From: a plasmid
Length of the DNA stretch: 63,119 bases
Strand: one strand, 5' to 3'
Assembly (NCBI RefSeq): GCF_056746865.1
Contig: NZ_JBWKMP010000006.1
In this document: in pieces, positions 51,432-60,901 of the stretch
How positions within the stretch are numbered: position 1 is the first letter of the stretch
Layout of the letters: each line of letters starts with the position of its first letter
The notes under the pieces: model-generated
Database searches by the model: none
The model's input: the letters and a program-made list of their open reading frames with translations, nothing else
What the model was told of the DNA's origin: nothing
Program-made: the position numbers and the translations under genes

Positions 51432-51884
51432 TCAGAAAGTAAGGGTGGTGCCATCACTTAACGTGACGCCAGACAATGAGATCGACTTCACCGTGACGGA
51501 TGTACCCGGAAGCTGGCTACCAGTGGTGACGCTTGTCTGACGTCCATCAGCCATGCGAAGAACGGCATGAAGACGTTTATCTTTGCCGTTTATTTCCATA
51601 ATAACGGGCAATTCCTTTCTGTTTTTAGATGTCGGCTGCTCTGAAACTGATGGCAAAGAGGCAGTCACACCAGAGAAACCTGAAACAGTTTCAGATGACA
51701 GATTAACATCTGATTCTTCGAGTTGTTTCTGTAGCTGTGCGCCCTGAACTTTTGCCTGTAAAAGAATATTCCGGTTTTGTTGTGCTTCAAGTTCTCCTAT
51801 TGTGACAAGAGGTTGTGTTGTTGCAAATGAAAAACCGGAGAAGAAAAATATGGATGGAATAATGAGTAATTTACCTGGACGCAT
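51432..51884 (-). CDS. pilP: PilP
   Basis: 150-aa ORF with signal peptide; synteny. Confidence 0.7.
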   Translation of the reverse strand: MRPGKLLIIPSIFFFSGFSFATTQPLVTIGELEAQQNRNILLQAKVQGAQLQKQLEESDVNLSSETVSGFSGVTASLPSVSEQPTSKNRKELPVIMEINGKDKRLHAVLRMADGRQTSVTTGSQLPGTSVTVKSISLSGVTLSDGTTLTF

Positions 51885-53166
51885 AAATATGACCTTCTGA
51901 GGAATAACTGAAAGTACCGCCGTTTAATTCAAAATGGATATTGCTCAGACGAACGCCGGTATCCTGAAATAAAGGGAACAACTCATCAGGATTTACAGGC
52001 GTTGATAAACTGAACTGATATTCTTTCCATTTCTGAACAGGGGCTGGTTCACCATCGTTACCTGGTAATGGTTCCGGTATGGCTATTTCATTAATGGCCG
52101 GCGTTAACTGTTTTTTCTGAAACCACGTGAACACCCGCATCAGTTGTTCTGAGGGGGCAGGGACTGCCTCATCCCTGCGGGGCAGGGAAGGCAGTGGCCG
52201 GGTTACAGAAGCCAGGCGTGCACCATCTTTAAGGTTAAAGTCAGGAATAACATTAAAGATTTCTTTGCTTCTTGCCAGAAAGCCTTCAATAGTTCCTCCT
52301 GGCTGTCGTTCGTAAATCAGTGTGAATGTCTCGGGAGTACATGTTCCACCGGTAAGTTTCCAGCCTTCTAGCGCGACCGGTGATGGTTTTCGAAGGTCCG
52401 CGCAGGCTTTCAGAAAATCACTGATTACAGGTTGTGACGCCCATGGATGCGGGAGCTCCGGTGGTGGTTCGGGCTTTTTAAACTGTAATCTTGCCCGTGC
52501 AGCTATCTCCTCGGCGGTCGGTCCGACATCAGGCTCTGGCTGAGTCATCCAGAATACTGTGCCTGCGCCGGCTGCTACTAAAAACAGTACGGCAGGCAGT
52601 GTGAATTTGCTGCGATTGCCGACAGTAAGTTTGCAACGGCGGAGGTCTGCTGATGATAACCGGGTAATAATACTTTCCCAGTTATCAGGATGTTCCAGAG
52701 ACGATACAACCTGCCATTTTTCGGGGGGCTCTTCGTTCATCGCCAGAAAAAGGCTGACCTTTTGGGCAACATCGGCATCATTTCCTGATAAGTCAGCCAT
52801 AACGGCAGGCTGGCCATTAATGGAAGCAAGGAATAAGAGCTCCTTATCGCTGTACCGGAAGACACCGTATCCATTTCTGACCCATGAGCAGAAAGCCAGT
52901 GCCAGGGAAAAATAATGATTGCGTTCTGGCCTGGTCAGTATTCCTGTGCCGGTAAGGCGGCTGATCTTTCCACGGGAATTTCTGCTGCCTACAGTCACTT
53001 TCAGGGAGGTAAGCCGTCTGGGTTTTACATGATACTTGTGTTTATGATGTGAGGGGACGCGCTGTTTTTTTACGACAGGAGTCCATTTAAGACAGGCAGC
53101 CCACACGCGATGATTTACTTTAGGATCTGCGAGAAGCACTACCGGGTTGATATCTTCATCAGCCAT
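51871..53166 (-). CDS. pilO: PilO
   Basis: 431-aa ORF; synteny. Confidence 0.7.
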   Translation of the reverse strand: MADEDINPVVLLADPKVNHRVWAACLKWTPVVKKQRVPSHHKHKYHVKPRRLTSLKVTVGSRNSRGKISRLTGTGILTRPERNHYFSLALAFCSWVRNGYGVFRYSDKELLFLASINGQPAVMADLSGNDADVAQKVSLFLAMNEEPPEKWQVVSSLEHPDNWESIITRLSSADLRRCKLTVGNRSKFTLPAVLFLVAAGAGTVFWMTQPEPDVGPTAEEIAARARLQFKKPEPPPELPHPWASQPVISDFLKACADLRKPSPVALEGWKLTGGTCTPETFTLIYERQPGGTIEGFLARSKEIFNVIPDFNLKDGARLASVTRPLPSLPRRDEAVPAPSEQLMRVFTWFQKKQLTPAINEIAIPEPLPGNDGEPAPVQKWKEYQFSLSTPVNPDELFPLFQDTGVRLSNIHFELNGGTFSYSSEGHIYASR

Positions 53167-54841
53167 TATTGCCTCCTGACGGGAAAGTCGGGGTAATGAT
53201 GATCACAAGCGTGCTGCGTTCATTTTTCCCGGTTTGTGAACCACCAAATAATGGATTTGCTGGCGTAAACGTACCGGCTTTACTTGTCGTCGTATTGTTC
53301 TGATCGAAACCAGTAACGACAAGTGATTGCCCTTCTTTCAGATTGACCTTCTGGCTCAGTGAACGCAGTTTGGTATATGGCATTTCGATGTAACTGTTTC
53401 CGTCTTTTGACGTAAAGCTACGGATAGTTGGGGGATCAGACAGATTAAAGTTCATCTGCAACTGGAGATTGCCTGTTTTCTGAATTAAAGGCAGCAGGGT
53501 CATATTGAATCCAGTGGTGATCATGCCCGGTGTTAATGTTGTTGTTGCTCCTACATCCGTAGTCGTAGTTGTTGCTGACTGGGCGACGTAAACTGTCTGA
53601 TCTGCCATCTGGATAGGTACCGGCGTCAGGTTTGTGACAGTGCTTTCTTGTGAAGTTACAACGCTGACATCGCCTTGTTCACTCAGTGCTTTAATCAGAA
53701 GGCTGGAACCGCTGAATTTGGCGGCATTCCCTGTTGCCGTATCCAGAATTGATACGCCTGCAGATGTAGCGCCTGTAAAATCTCCGCTTGCATTGTTCAA
53801 CGTTGCTCCGGCGGAATGTAGCGATTTATAAACAAGGTTCCAGTCCAGACCGAACTGTTCGTTTCTGGTATTGCTGACGCTCAGAACCTGTACGTTCAGG
53901 GCTACCTGGCGGTTCATAATACTGTTTTGTTCGTCCACATATCGTGCGACGGCTTCCTGGACAGCTGGAGTATCAGTGACTGTCAGCGTTGAGCTCGATG
54001 CAGATAACCAGTAACGGCCTTTTTCTGGTGTCAGCATTGCTTCAATAGTTTTCCGGATATCTTCATACAGATCGTATTCCTGACCAACGGTTGTGCTCTG
54101 AGAGGACGTTGCATCACCGGATGCTGAGTTATCCTGGCCTCCTGTTGCCCCCATTGTGCTTGTTGAGCCAGAGCTGACACTGGAACTGCTGCTGGTTTTG
54201 GTGTTCAGCATATGAAGTGGATACGTTCTGGTTTCAGTCAGATAGAATACAATCCGACCATTATCCATGCGCCAGTACAGACCACTCCGGCTGGCCATCA
54301 GATCCAGAAGACCATTGATATCTCCCTGCCACATGAGGTTATTCAGCGTTAATGGCTGAGTGGAGGTAGTCATTGTTGTGCTGCCCAGGCTGCTTAACGG
54401 TAGACGTCCATTTTCATCTGGTGCTGGTAGTGTTCCTGTCATCTGGCGGGTAGCGCCTCCTTCAAGAGTTGAATTGGCTGCGTCAGGCGTGATGATCACA
54501 GGGATGCCGCATACGGCAGTAATACGTTGCCCCAGTTCCTGCAGAGTGATCTCTCCTTTTCTTGCCTGCGTGATGTAGCAGGCCGGAGCTGTTTGTTTTT
54601 TCTCTCTTGATACCTGAGCGACCGGAACAGGGTTTATCCATTGATTATCGAGCCAGGTAAGAGCCTGCGATTTACGGGCCGAAAGGGCTGATACCTTTTC
54701 CCGTGCATGTGCTGAGTCTTCCTGTGCTTTTTTCTGCATTTTGTTGATTTCGCTGAAAGTACATCCGGAGATGGAAAGAGCGACGGCGATCATGCAGGGG
54801 AGCACCGCCAGCTTCATTGAACGCTGGTGTGATTTTTTCAT
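53159..54841 (-). CDS. pilN: PilN secretin-like outer-membrane lipoprotein
   Basis: 560-aa ORF with lipoprotein signal (ALSISGCTF) and a Ser/Thr-rich secretin-like C-terminal half. Confidence 0.8.
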   Translation of the reverse strand: MKKSHQRSMKLAVLPCMIAVALSISGCTFSEINKMQKKAQEDSAHAREKVSALSARKSQALTWLDNQWINPVPVAQVSREKKQTAPACYITQARKGEITLQELGQRITAVCGIPVIITPDAANSTLEGGATRQMTGTLPAPDENGRLPLSSLGSTTMTTSTQPLTLNNLMWQGDINGLLDLMASRSGLYWRMDNGRIVFYLTETRTYPLHMLNTKTSSSSSVSSGSTSTMGATGGQDNSASGDATSSQSTTVGQEYDLYEDIRKTIEAMLTPEKGRYWLSASSSTLTVTDTPAVQEAVARYVDEQNSIMNRQVALNVQVLSVSNTRNEQFGLDWNLVYKSLHSAGATLNNASGDFTGATSAGVSILDTATGNAAKFSGSSLLIKALSEQGDVSVVTSQESTVTNLTPVPIQMADQTVYVAQSATTTTTDVGATTTLTPGMITTGFNMTLLPLIQKTGNLQLQMNFNLSDPPTIRSFTSKDGNSYIEMPYTKLRSLSQKVNLKEGQSLVVTGFDQNNTTTSKAGTFTPANPLFGGSQTGKNERSTLVIIITPTFPSGGNNG

Positions 54842-54854
54842 GAATATATCCAGA

Positions 54855-55292
54855 TTAGTTAACGTAGACGACAGAACCAGCAGTAATGCCTGCCGGGGGT
54901 GTCAGACCGGTTGCAGTTCCTGATAGCCAGGTGAGTTGCCCGTTTTGGAAGATCCCTATTAGTGCAGAACCACGACTTTTTGAACGCAAAGTTTCAACAA
55001 GTCCTGGTTGTTCAGGCATCCATACCCACAGACGCCCCTGTTGTAACTGATGTTTAATTCGGGAGTCCGGAGTGACAGGGAGAGCCAGTTTATCTGAGGA
55101 AATTACTCCGTCCTGCTGGCCTGATACGTATCTGATATCATTGATTCTGTTAGCAATCATTAGTATCTGACTTGCCCATACAGACGCACTTGCATATTGC
55201 TGGGCGTTTGTGGTTTCAGACATCTTCTGATTCTGGTAGCTACCAGTGATAATCAGAATGGTCAGGCCGACGGCCATGACCAGCCATCCCAT
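54855..55292 (-). CDS. pilM: PilM
   Basis: 145-aa ORF with N-terminal transmembrane segment; synteny. Confidence 0.7.
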   Translation of the reverse strand: MGWLVMAVGLTILIITGSYQNQKMSETTNAQQYASASVWASQILMIANRINDIRYVSGQQDGVISSDKLALPVTPDSRIKHQLQQGRLWVWMPEQPGLVETLRSKSRGSALIGIFQNGQLTWLSGTATGLTPPAGITAGSVVYVN

Positions 55293-56359
55293 TAGCGACC
55301 ATCCCTTGTATCAGAAACTGTAATGATGCACTGCATGCGAGAAGCCTGTGCGTATAAAGGTTTTTGCGCAGTCCGATATAACTCAAATACCTGCTCCATG
55401 GCTGATTCAAATGATCCCCGGAACATCAAAGGCGCATCAAGACGGTAATCGGTTACAGAAAGTGGCCATATGACCATCCAGTGCGTTGATGCCATGCTTT
55501 CGCATTTTGTTTCTTCTGCCCACTTAATAATGTTTTCCCTTAATGTAGTGCCTGCCGGCGCACGCCACTCTTTACCCTGAGATACCGGTTTGACAGGTGT
55601 CCCGGTCATGAGTGGGATAGACTTGACTGTGGAGCCGGTCGGAGTCGGGATTGCAGCGGGCGTAGACGGAGATACGCTGTTTCCCCTGAATGGGTTTCGT
55701 GGTTTGTTCTGGCTATTTGCTGTCGTTGAAGACTCCGGGGAAGTGGATGTGGTTACCATGGCTGCTGGCGAGATAGTGGTTGCCGTGTCCTGTGCCGGTG
55801 CAGTAGCCGATGTTGTGACGGTCAACGTTTTATTATCCCAGTCCAGATGGCCCCAGAGGTGTTGTTCTTCCAGCAACCGGTTCAGAGAACGGGTCCACTG
55901 ATCATTGGCAGACCATGAAACCAGTTTGGTATTCAGTTTGGGCGTGGCTGCATTCTCTTGTCTGAATTTCCATCCTTCCGGTAGTAATGTTTTTATCCAC
56001 TGACTGACGGTCCGGTTACGGGCCGTCGGCGATAGTGTTACAGGGGCGCTACCAGGCTTGCCTGTAATGATTAACCGGGAGAAATTCTGACTTATTGTTG
56101 GTGAAGGTAACGGTCGGGATTCGCTTACTGGCTGTGCTGTTTTTACTGTCTCTGGCACGCTGACTCTCGGGGGCGGAGTTATTTTAGGTGGAGAAAGTCG
56201 TTGTTGCGTAAGTGCCAGGACGCCAGCACTCTCACTGATTTGTCCGTCAACAAAAACCAGAGCAGGCGTATCTGATGGTGCCACGTTATTGCCGCCGGAA
56301 ATTCCGGCACAGCCGGACAATAATGACGGCAGTATAAGTGTCAGACAGTTTTTTTTCAT
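55292..56359 (-). CDS. pilL: PilL lipoprotein
   Basis: 355-aa ORF with lipoprotein signal (LLSGCAG). Confidence 0.75.
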   Translation of the reverse strand: MKKNCLTLILPSLLSGCAGISGGNNVAPSDTPALVFVDGQISESAGVLALTQQRLSPPKITPPPRVSVPETVKTAQPVSESRPLPSPTISQNFSRLIITGKPGSAPVTLSPTARNRTVSQWIKTLLPEGWKFRQENAATPKLNTKLVSWSANDQWTRSLNRLLEEQHLWGHLDWDNKTLTVTTSATAPAQDTATTISPAAMVTTSTSPESSTTANSQNKPRNPFRGNSVSPSTPAAIPTPTGSTVKSIPLMTGTPVKPVSQGKEWRAPAGTTLRENIIKWAEETKCESMASTHWMVIWPLSVTDYRLDAPLMFRGSFESAMEQVFELYRTAQKPLYAQASRMQCIITVSDTRDGR

Positions 56360-56392
56360 AACGGAGACTCCGTGTTCGTATATACGAGTTTG

Positions 56393-56686
56393 TTAATTGA
56401 TGTGAGGCGGCTGGAGAGGACGAATGACGACTGTCATTCCGTCCGAATGCAAATGCGGGAAAGACCACTGAAATAAGAGATATATAAAAGGAATTGATAA
56501 TTTTTCGTACAGACTTGTTTTCCGTGGGTATGTAATAACTGAAAAACTCAAATCATAAGATTTCAGTCTCTTTATAAGTTTATTTATTCTTGCTGGAGTA
56601 AAGAGATGTGAATGCATGACAATGATTTCATCATTATTAATTGCTTTTGATATCAGAGAAAGCAATACATCCCAGTGTTTCCTCAT
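56393..56686 (-). CDS. hypothetical protein in an AT-rich island (pilK position)
   Basis: 97-aa ORF, ATGA-coupled to the upstream ORF; GC content well below the backbone. Confidence 0.4.
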   Translation of the reverse strand: MRKHWDVLLSLISKAINNDEIIVMHSHLFTPARINKLIKRLKSYDLSFSVITYPRKTSLYEKLSIPFIYLLFQWSFPHLHSDGMTVVIRPLQPPHIN

Positions 56687-56985
56687 TGACTTCGGGCAAC
56701 GTGTGTCAGCATAGGGGCTAAGATGTATAGTTGATTTCTTGCTTCCCTTTTCTTCTTCACAAAGAATGTGAAGTCGTATTTAGATGCAGACCTTACAATA
56801 AGAAGTACACATCTGAAAAGTAGTGGGAAAATGCAAATCACAACCACCACACAGAAATATAACATATAAGGCAATGATAAGTTGTCAGTGTATGGATAAC
56901 GTAAGTATTGCCATGGGGTAGTGATGTACAGACAAAGCGTACACCAAAGCAACCAGAGATATAATGGTACGTTATTATTTTTCAT
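56683..56985 (-). CDS. hypothetical small membrane protein in an AT-rich island (pilJ position)
   Basis: 100-aa ORF with two or three transmembrane segments; AT-rich. Confidence 0.4.
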   Translation of the reverse strand: MKNNNVPLYLWLLWCTLCLYITTPWQYLRYPYTDNLSLPYMLYFCVVVVICIFPLLFRCVLLIVRSASKYDFTFFVKKKREARNQLYILAPMLTHVARSQ

Positions 56986-57109
56986 GTTGGCTGAGGCAGG
57001 CGACTAAAATAACAGACTAAGGAGGATTAACTGTTTAATTCTTTGGAACAAAAAAATGCAGTTCCTGATCATCACACACCATTGAATAAACATTTTGCTT
57101 CGGTTGCGT

Positions 57110-57364
57110 TCATGATAGCCAGTCCTGTAGATGCTGATGGCGGGAGCTGCTGCCCTTGTGCCAGCGGCAGTGGCTGCCGGGAGCACGCTCCAGTCGGAAC
57201 AGAAATCGGTTGTCGCGTAGTACCACCACGAGACAGTTATCCGGCGTGCAGAAACGTCGGGCAAGCTCATCGGGGTCTGTCGGTGTTTTCGTTGAAAACA
57301 GCCTGCGTTTGCAGTGTGCGTCGACGACCAGTATTTGCAGTCGTCCGGGATGTTGCTGTGGCAT
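57110..57364 (-). CDS. small protein, candidate PilI
   Basis: 84-aa ORF from ATG 57364 with strong AAGGAG Shine-Dalgarno at 6-nt spacing; overlapping ORFs on other frames rejected. Confidence 0.4.
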   Translation of the reverse strand: MPQQHPGRLQILVVDAHCKRRLFSTKTPTDPDELARRFCTPDNCLVVVLRDNRFLFRLERAPGSHCRWHKGSSSRHQHLQDWLS

Positions 57365-57535
57365 CAAAGACTCCTTCCGGAACGGGAAAAGAAGCAGCTG
57401 TACCGTCATAACTGCACGTACCGGTTGCGAAAAAACGGCACAAGCGAGTAGTGACAGAAAGAATGTCGGAAACGGCAGGAAGGGCGGTACAGGCTGCGAA
57501 GACTGGAAACGGGGTATGCCGGGGATTACACATCC

Positions 57536-58219
57536 TCAGTGTAATGTGATAGTCGTCTGCTCCTGTGTTGCACCCCAGACATCTTCTGGCAAGCTGGGCA
57601 GCCCGATAAATAGGGTGTGAAAGAGGGTTTCTCTGCGTTCGATCCCGAATTGATGTTCGTATCCTCTCACCACCTGAAATCCTTCGTCGGAGAATATTAA
57701 CTCTGCCGTTTCCAGAAGCTGCATAGTTTTGCGGTGTAGTGGAGTGATCAGCTGCAACGTAACTGGTGCCCTCATATCGCCTGTCGGTAGAAAACACTCT
57801 TCGGTGCGACTTAGTTGTAGCAGATGGCGTTTCCCGGAACAGGCCCGTTCAATGGATTCATTGAACACCCTCTCAGGCCATGGGCAGACATAAGTGCGCC
57901 AGCCTGCTTTCTGTAATTTACCCAGCGCAGCCCGAAAACGAAACAACGGACATTCCCCGACAGTGGCAGAGCTGAGAAAGAGCGTATTCAGCGTTCCGAT
58001 GATGGGAATATTGCGATCTTTTTCGGTCAATGCTTTTAACGCCATGATTTCGCCAGGGAGACTACTGAACTCAGGATGTCTGCTGGCACCAGAAAGCCAT
58101 TCAAGCAGGTAATGCCGTAATCCGGTTTCACTGGTTATATTGTGGTTTTCCTGTGCCGTTTTCAGGGCATTCAGTGCACACCAGAGCAACTGGCGCACGG
58201 GATGTTCTGTCGTGGTCAT
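57536..58219 (-). CDS. traC: TraC-position regulatory protein
   Basis: 227-aa ORF immediately downstream of traB; symbol by synteny. Confidence 0.6.
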   Translation of the reverse strand: MTTTEHPVRQLLWCALNALKTAQENHNITSETGLRHYLLEWLSGASRHPEFSSLPGEIMALKALTEKDRNIPIIGTLNTLFLSSATVGECPLFRFRAALGKLQKAGWRTYVCPWPERVFNESIERACSGKRHLLQLSRTEECFLPTGDMRAPVTLQLITPLHRKTMQLLETAELIFSDEGFQVVRGYEHQFGIERRETLFHTLFIGLPSLPEDVWGATQEQTTITLH

Positions 58220-58472
58220 GCGAATGTCCTACTGTGAGATGAAAAGAAGACCGGTATCCGTTCTCTCCGCCACACGTGATGGCACGGGCCGGCCTTTGAT
58301 AAAACGAATCAATACTCTGGGGTGAAGCCTTTTATTTCTTTCGCCATTAAGAAATACACGGTTCCATCAAAAGACAGGGGGAGTCCATGGTGGGGATGGC
58401 TTCGTGCAGGCTTCACTCCGGAATATTCTCTTGAATTGAAAAAAGCCCGGCCCGAAGGCCGGGAAATACTGG

Positions 58473-59006
58473 CTATGGGATGTTTACAAGGCGCTCCATA
58501 AAGCCGTGATGTTCGGCATTTGATACCAGTTCCAGGAGCAGGGATATCCTCGACTCAGGCTGGAGAGTATTTTCCATTCTGAGGAGATACTGATATTGTG
58601 CTTTTGTCAGCCATATGCTGGAAGCCGCATTCAGCTCTTCCCTGGCTCCCGGATTTAGCACAGGGTCCGGGTAAATCTTCATTAATCCATCAACAATATC
58701 TTTATTGACGGGTTTTATTTCACCGCCAAACTTCACGAAATCAATGAAGGCGCTATGGCGACGTAATGCCGATACTGGTTGAATGTCAAAATTAGCCAGA
58801 ATAAAAAAGTACCCTGGAAAAATAGCGAATATTCTTTCACGGTAACAGCACCTGGAGTCTGCCCGTCTTATCTTTCTTGTTATTAATGGAGTCCATGGTA
58901 CGACGTTTTGCTCATTCAGCCATGAGAATAAAGATTCTCTGTTTTTGCCGGCTGTATTATATTGCGCAAGATACCAGTTCCGGTTATTCAGGTGTTCTAT
59001 ATTCAC
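58473..59006 (-). CDS. traB: TraB, NusG/RfaH-like transcription antiterminator paralogue
   Basis: ~177-aa ORF with NusG-N-like motifs (NWYLAQY..., FPGYFFILANFD, FVKFGG); no ATG, likely GTG 59006 (TTG 59027 is the alternative). Confidence 0.65.
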   Translation of the reverse strand: MNIEHLNNRNWYLAQYNTAGKNRESLFSWLNEQNVVPWTPLITRKIRRADSRCCYRERIFAIFPGYFFILANFDIQPVSALRRHSAFIDFVKFGGEIKPVNKDIVDGLMKIYPDPVLNPGAREELNAASSIWLTKAQYQYLLRMENTLQPESRISLLLELVSNAEHHGFMERLVNIP

Positions 59007-59012
59007 GAAGTT

Positions 59013-59165
59013 CAACGCTCCGCGCAAAACCGATCCATGATGGACGATTTTGCGATGTCAGGCGAATATGCTAAATCATATGTCTGAAGCAGTGTCCAGC
59101 CCATATCTGGATAAACTGCAGTTCTGACAGGCATATAACCAGCAGACTCTAGTACGTTCTGTATC
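59013..59165 (-). repeat. conserved leader module E2 upstream of and abutting the traB start
   Basis: Same conserved ends as E1 and E3; the - strand end GCGCGGAGCGTTGAA runs into the traB initiation region. Confidence 0.5.
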
Positions 59166-59407
59166 GGTGATTTGGCGAACTCACAGATAAAGAACGGCTA
59201 AGCACTAATATCAGCAATACAGTGGCACAGTATTGTGATACGCGAAATAAAACATCAGCACGTCAGTTCAGAGTAAGGTCGCCATATATCGGGCATGAGC
59301 CAGATACAAATAATTGGGACACCGTCTGAAGTGATTTGCTTTATTAAAGTAACTTGTGCTTGGTGTTTATGTTTATCAATTTGGGATCGCCTGTAAAGTG
59401 CAAAATG

Positions 59408-59440
59408 CAATTTCCATGAAAGTGTCCCCTTTAATGGGGA
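59408..59440. terminator. terminator-like hairpin downstream of traA
   Basis: GTGTCCCC-TTTAAT-GGGGACAC perfect hairpin. Confidence 0.4.
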
Positions 59441-59447
59441 CACCTGT

Positions 59448-59735
59448 TCACATTTTTTCGTTTTCTTTAGCTGTATTGCTAATCATGAAAACGAACGTTC
59501 GCATCAGCACAGCAGAGCGAAGTGCATCATATCCTTCCAGATTTAAGTTCTTCAGGCTTCGCTTCAGGTAGGTTCGTACCGTTTCGGGAGAAAGCCGACA
59601 GTTCTGAGCAATGGCGTCGTAAGGAACACCCATTGCGTAAAAAACGCAGACTTTAAGCTGGTTTGTTGATAGCTCGGGAAACATGCCTTCCAACAGAGTG
59701 ATGGCCGGGAGTTTCTGTATCAGTTGAGGTGACAT
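59448..59735 (-). CDS. traA: TraA, small LuxR/GerE-family HTH regulator
   Basis: 95 aa from ATG 59735 (GGAGA upstream) with GerE-type HTH (LSTNQLKVCVFYAMGVPYDAIAQNCRLSPETVRTYLKRSLKNL). Confidence 0.65.
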   Translation of the reverse strand: MSPQLIQKLPAITLLEGMFPELSTNQLKVCVFYAMGVPYDAIAQNCRLSPETVRTYLKRSLKNLNLEGYDALRSAVLMRTFVFMISNTAKENEKM

Positions 59736-60074
59736 AGCAAAGGTCTCCGATGACAACTAAAAACGCTATCACTGAGTTCCTACGCTCATTGGTGATAGCC
59801 CAGACGGGGGTAGGAATACCGGCGTCATCGGAAACCGGCCAGGCTAATGCCTGCCCCGCCTGAGCTACCATAGATGACGACAAGAAATACAAGTTCCTGT
59901 CTTTATGGTATGGCAAAAAACGACGCCAAATGAAGAAATTAACTTCTGCGCCGACGATGACTACGCGGGTTCCTACGCCCGATCACAGTTTTGCCTGTGA
60001 CCAGTAAAGGGTACTTAGTATAACGCACCGAGTCAACTAACAGCTTAAAAAACATACAAAAAAGCGTCAAAACT

Positions 60075-60230
60075 TAACGCTCCGCGCCGAAGCGATCCAG
60101 GCGTGATGCTTCTGCTTTGTGGCGTTCGAACATGCTGGTCCATATGCACGAAACGGTGTCTGACCCTCGTCCAGACAATCCGCAGTTCTGACGAACATAT
60201 GAACAAATATGCTCTTGTAGAGGCTGTTGT
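60075..60230 (-). repeat. conserved leader module E3 upstream of traA
   Basis: Same conserved ends as E1 and E2 (TAACGCTCCGCGCCGAAGCGATCCAGG...CCTCGTCCAGACAATCCGCAGTTCTGACGAACATATG). Confidence 0.5.
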
Positions 60231-60279
60231 TACACAATTGGCGGGTTGTGTAACAAATGGTTTTATCATCTAAGAATTA

Positions 60280-60560
60280 TTCTATTTACGATCGAATGAT
60301 CTACAAAATGATTTTTTAAAGGTTTTTTAGATCGTTTAATTGCATTAAAACAGAATATTATTCTGTTAGGTGGATCGGTTGTAAGATAAATGATCGTGAG
60401 TAGGACAAAAGTCGATCTTTTAATCCAAAAGAAAGATCTAAAGCAGAAAAATCTGCTTTTAAAAATAGATTTTATTTTTTTGACGCAGGTCAAGATTAAC
60501 TTATTAGAGGTATTAGTGAGGAGGCACTGGAAGAGAAGAGATCGTTGTAATGCTTTTCAA
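60280..60560. promoter_or_regulatory. AT-rich GATC-dense intergenic region
   Basis: Eight GATC sites in ~270 bp, several palindromic (AGATCTAAAGCAGAAAAATCTGCTTT); no credible ORF. Confidence 0.35.
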
Positions 60561-60721
60561 ATTAACGTAAAGCGGGTATATTTCGGCTGTTATTAGCTGT
60601 GCAGAGGGTGGCACTCTGTGGAGCAAAGCGGCGAAAGTCGGACGGCAGAATGCGCCATAAGGCATTCAGGAGAGATGGCATGTACGGGCAGTAAGTCAGA
60701 AGACTGAAGATGTTCCGGAAG

Positions 60722-60797
60722 CCATAAAAGGAAAACCCCCACTATCTTTCTTACGAACTTGGCGGAACGACGAAAGATAGTGGGGGCCTCACAGAAT
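60722..60797 (-). ncRNA. inc: Inc antisense RNA (copy-number control of repZ)
   Basis: Perfect 15-bp stem (60736-60750 / 60772-60786) with loop containing TTGGCG (60759-60764); - strand promoter TTGAAT-N17-TATACT (60832-60806) and T-rich tail after the stem. Confidence 0.55.
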
Positions 60798-60811
60798 ACG
60801 GGTAAAGTATA

Positions 60812-60901
60812 ATGAAACCGTACCAGAGATTCAACCCTGTGCAGTGTATAAATACACGGCACAATCGCTCCGCCATAAGCGACAGCTTGTGGCAGGTCTG
60901 A
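60812..60901 (+). CDS. repY: RepY leader peptide
   Basis: 29-codon ORF MKPYQRFNPVQCINTRHNRSAISDSLWQV ending at TGA 60899-60901, overlapping the repZ start. Confidence 0.65.
   Translation: MKPYQRFNPVQCINTRHNRSAISDSLWQV

Noticed and set aside
57267-57797. 176-aa - strand ORF and other overlapping ORFs at 57004-57620
   Set aside because: They overlap traC and each other in a GC-rich stretch; only 57110-57364 has a strong ribosome-binding site
60266-60596. Small ORFs (75 and 68 aa) in the GATC-rich AT-rich region
   Set aside because: Low-complexity Lys/Ile/Phe-rich translations of AT-rich DNA without ribosome-binding sites
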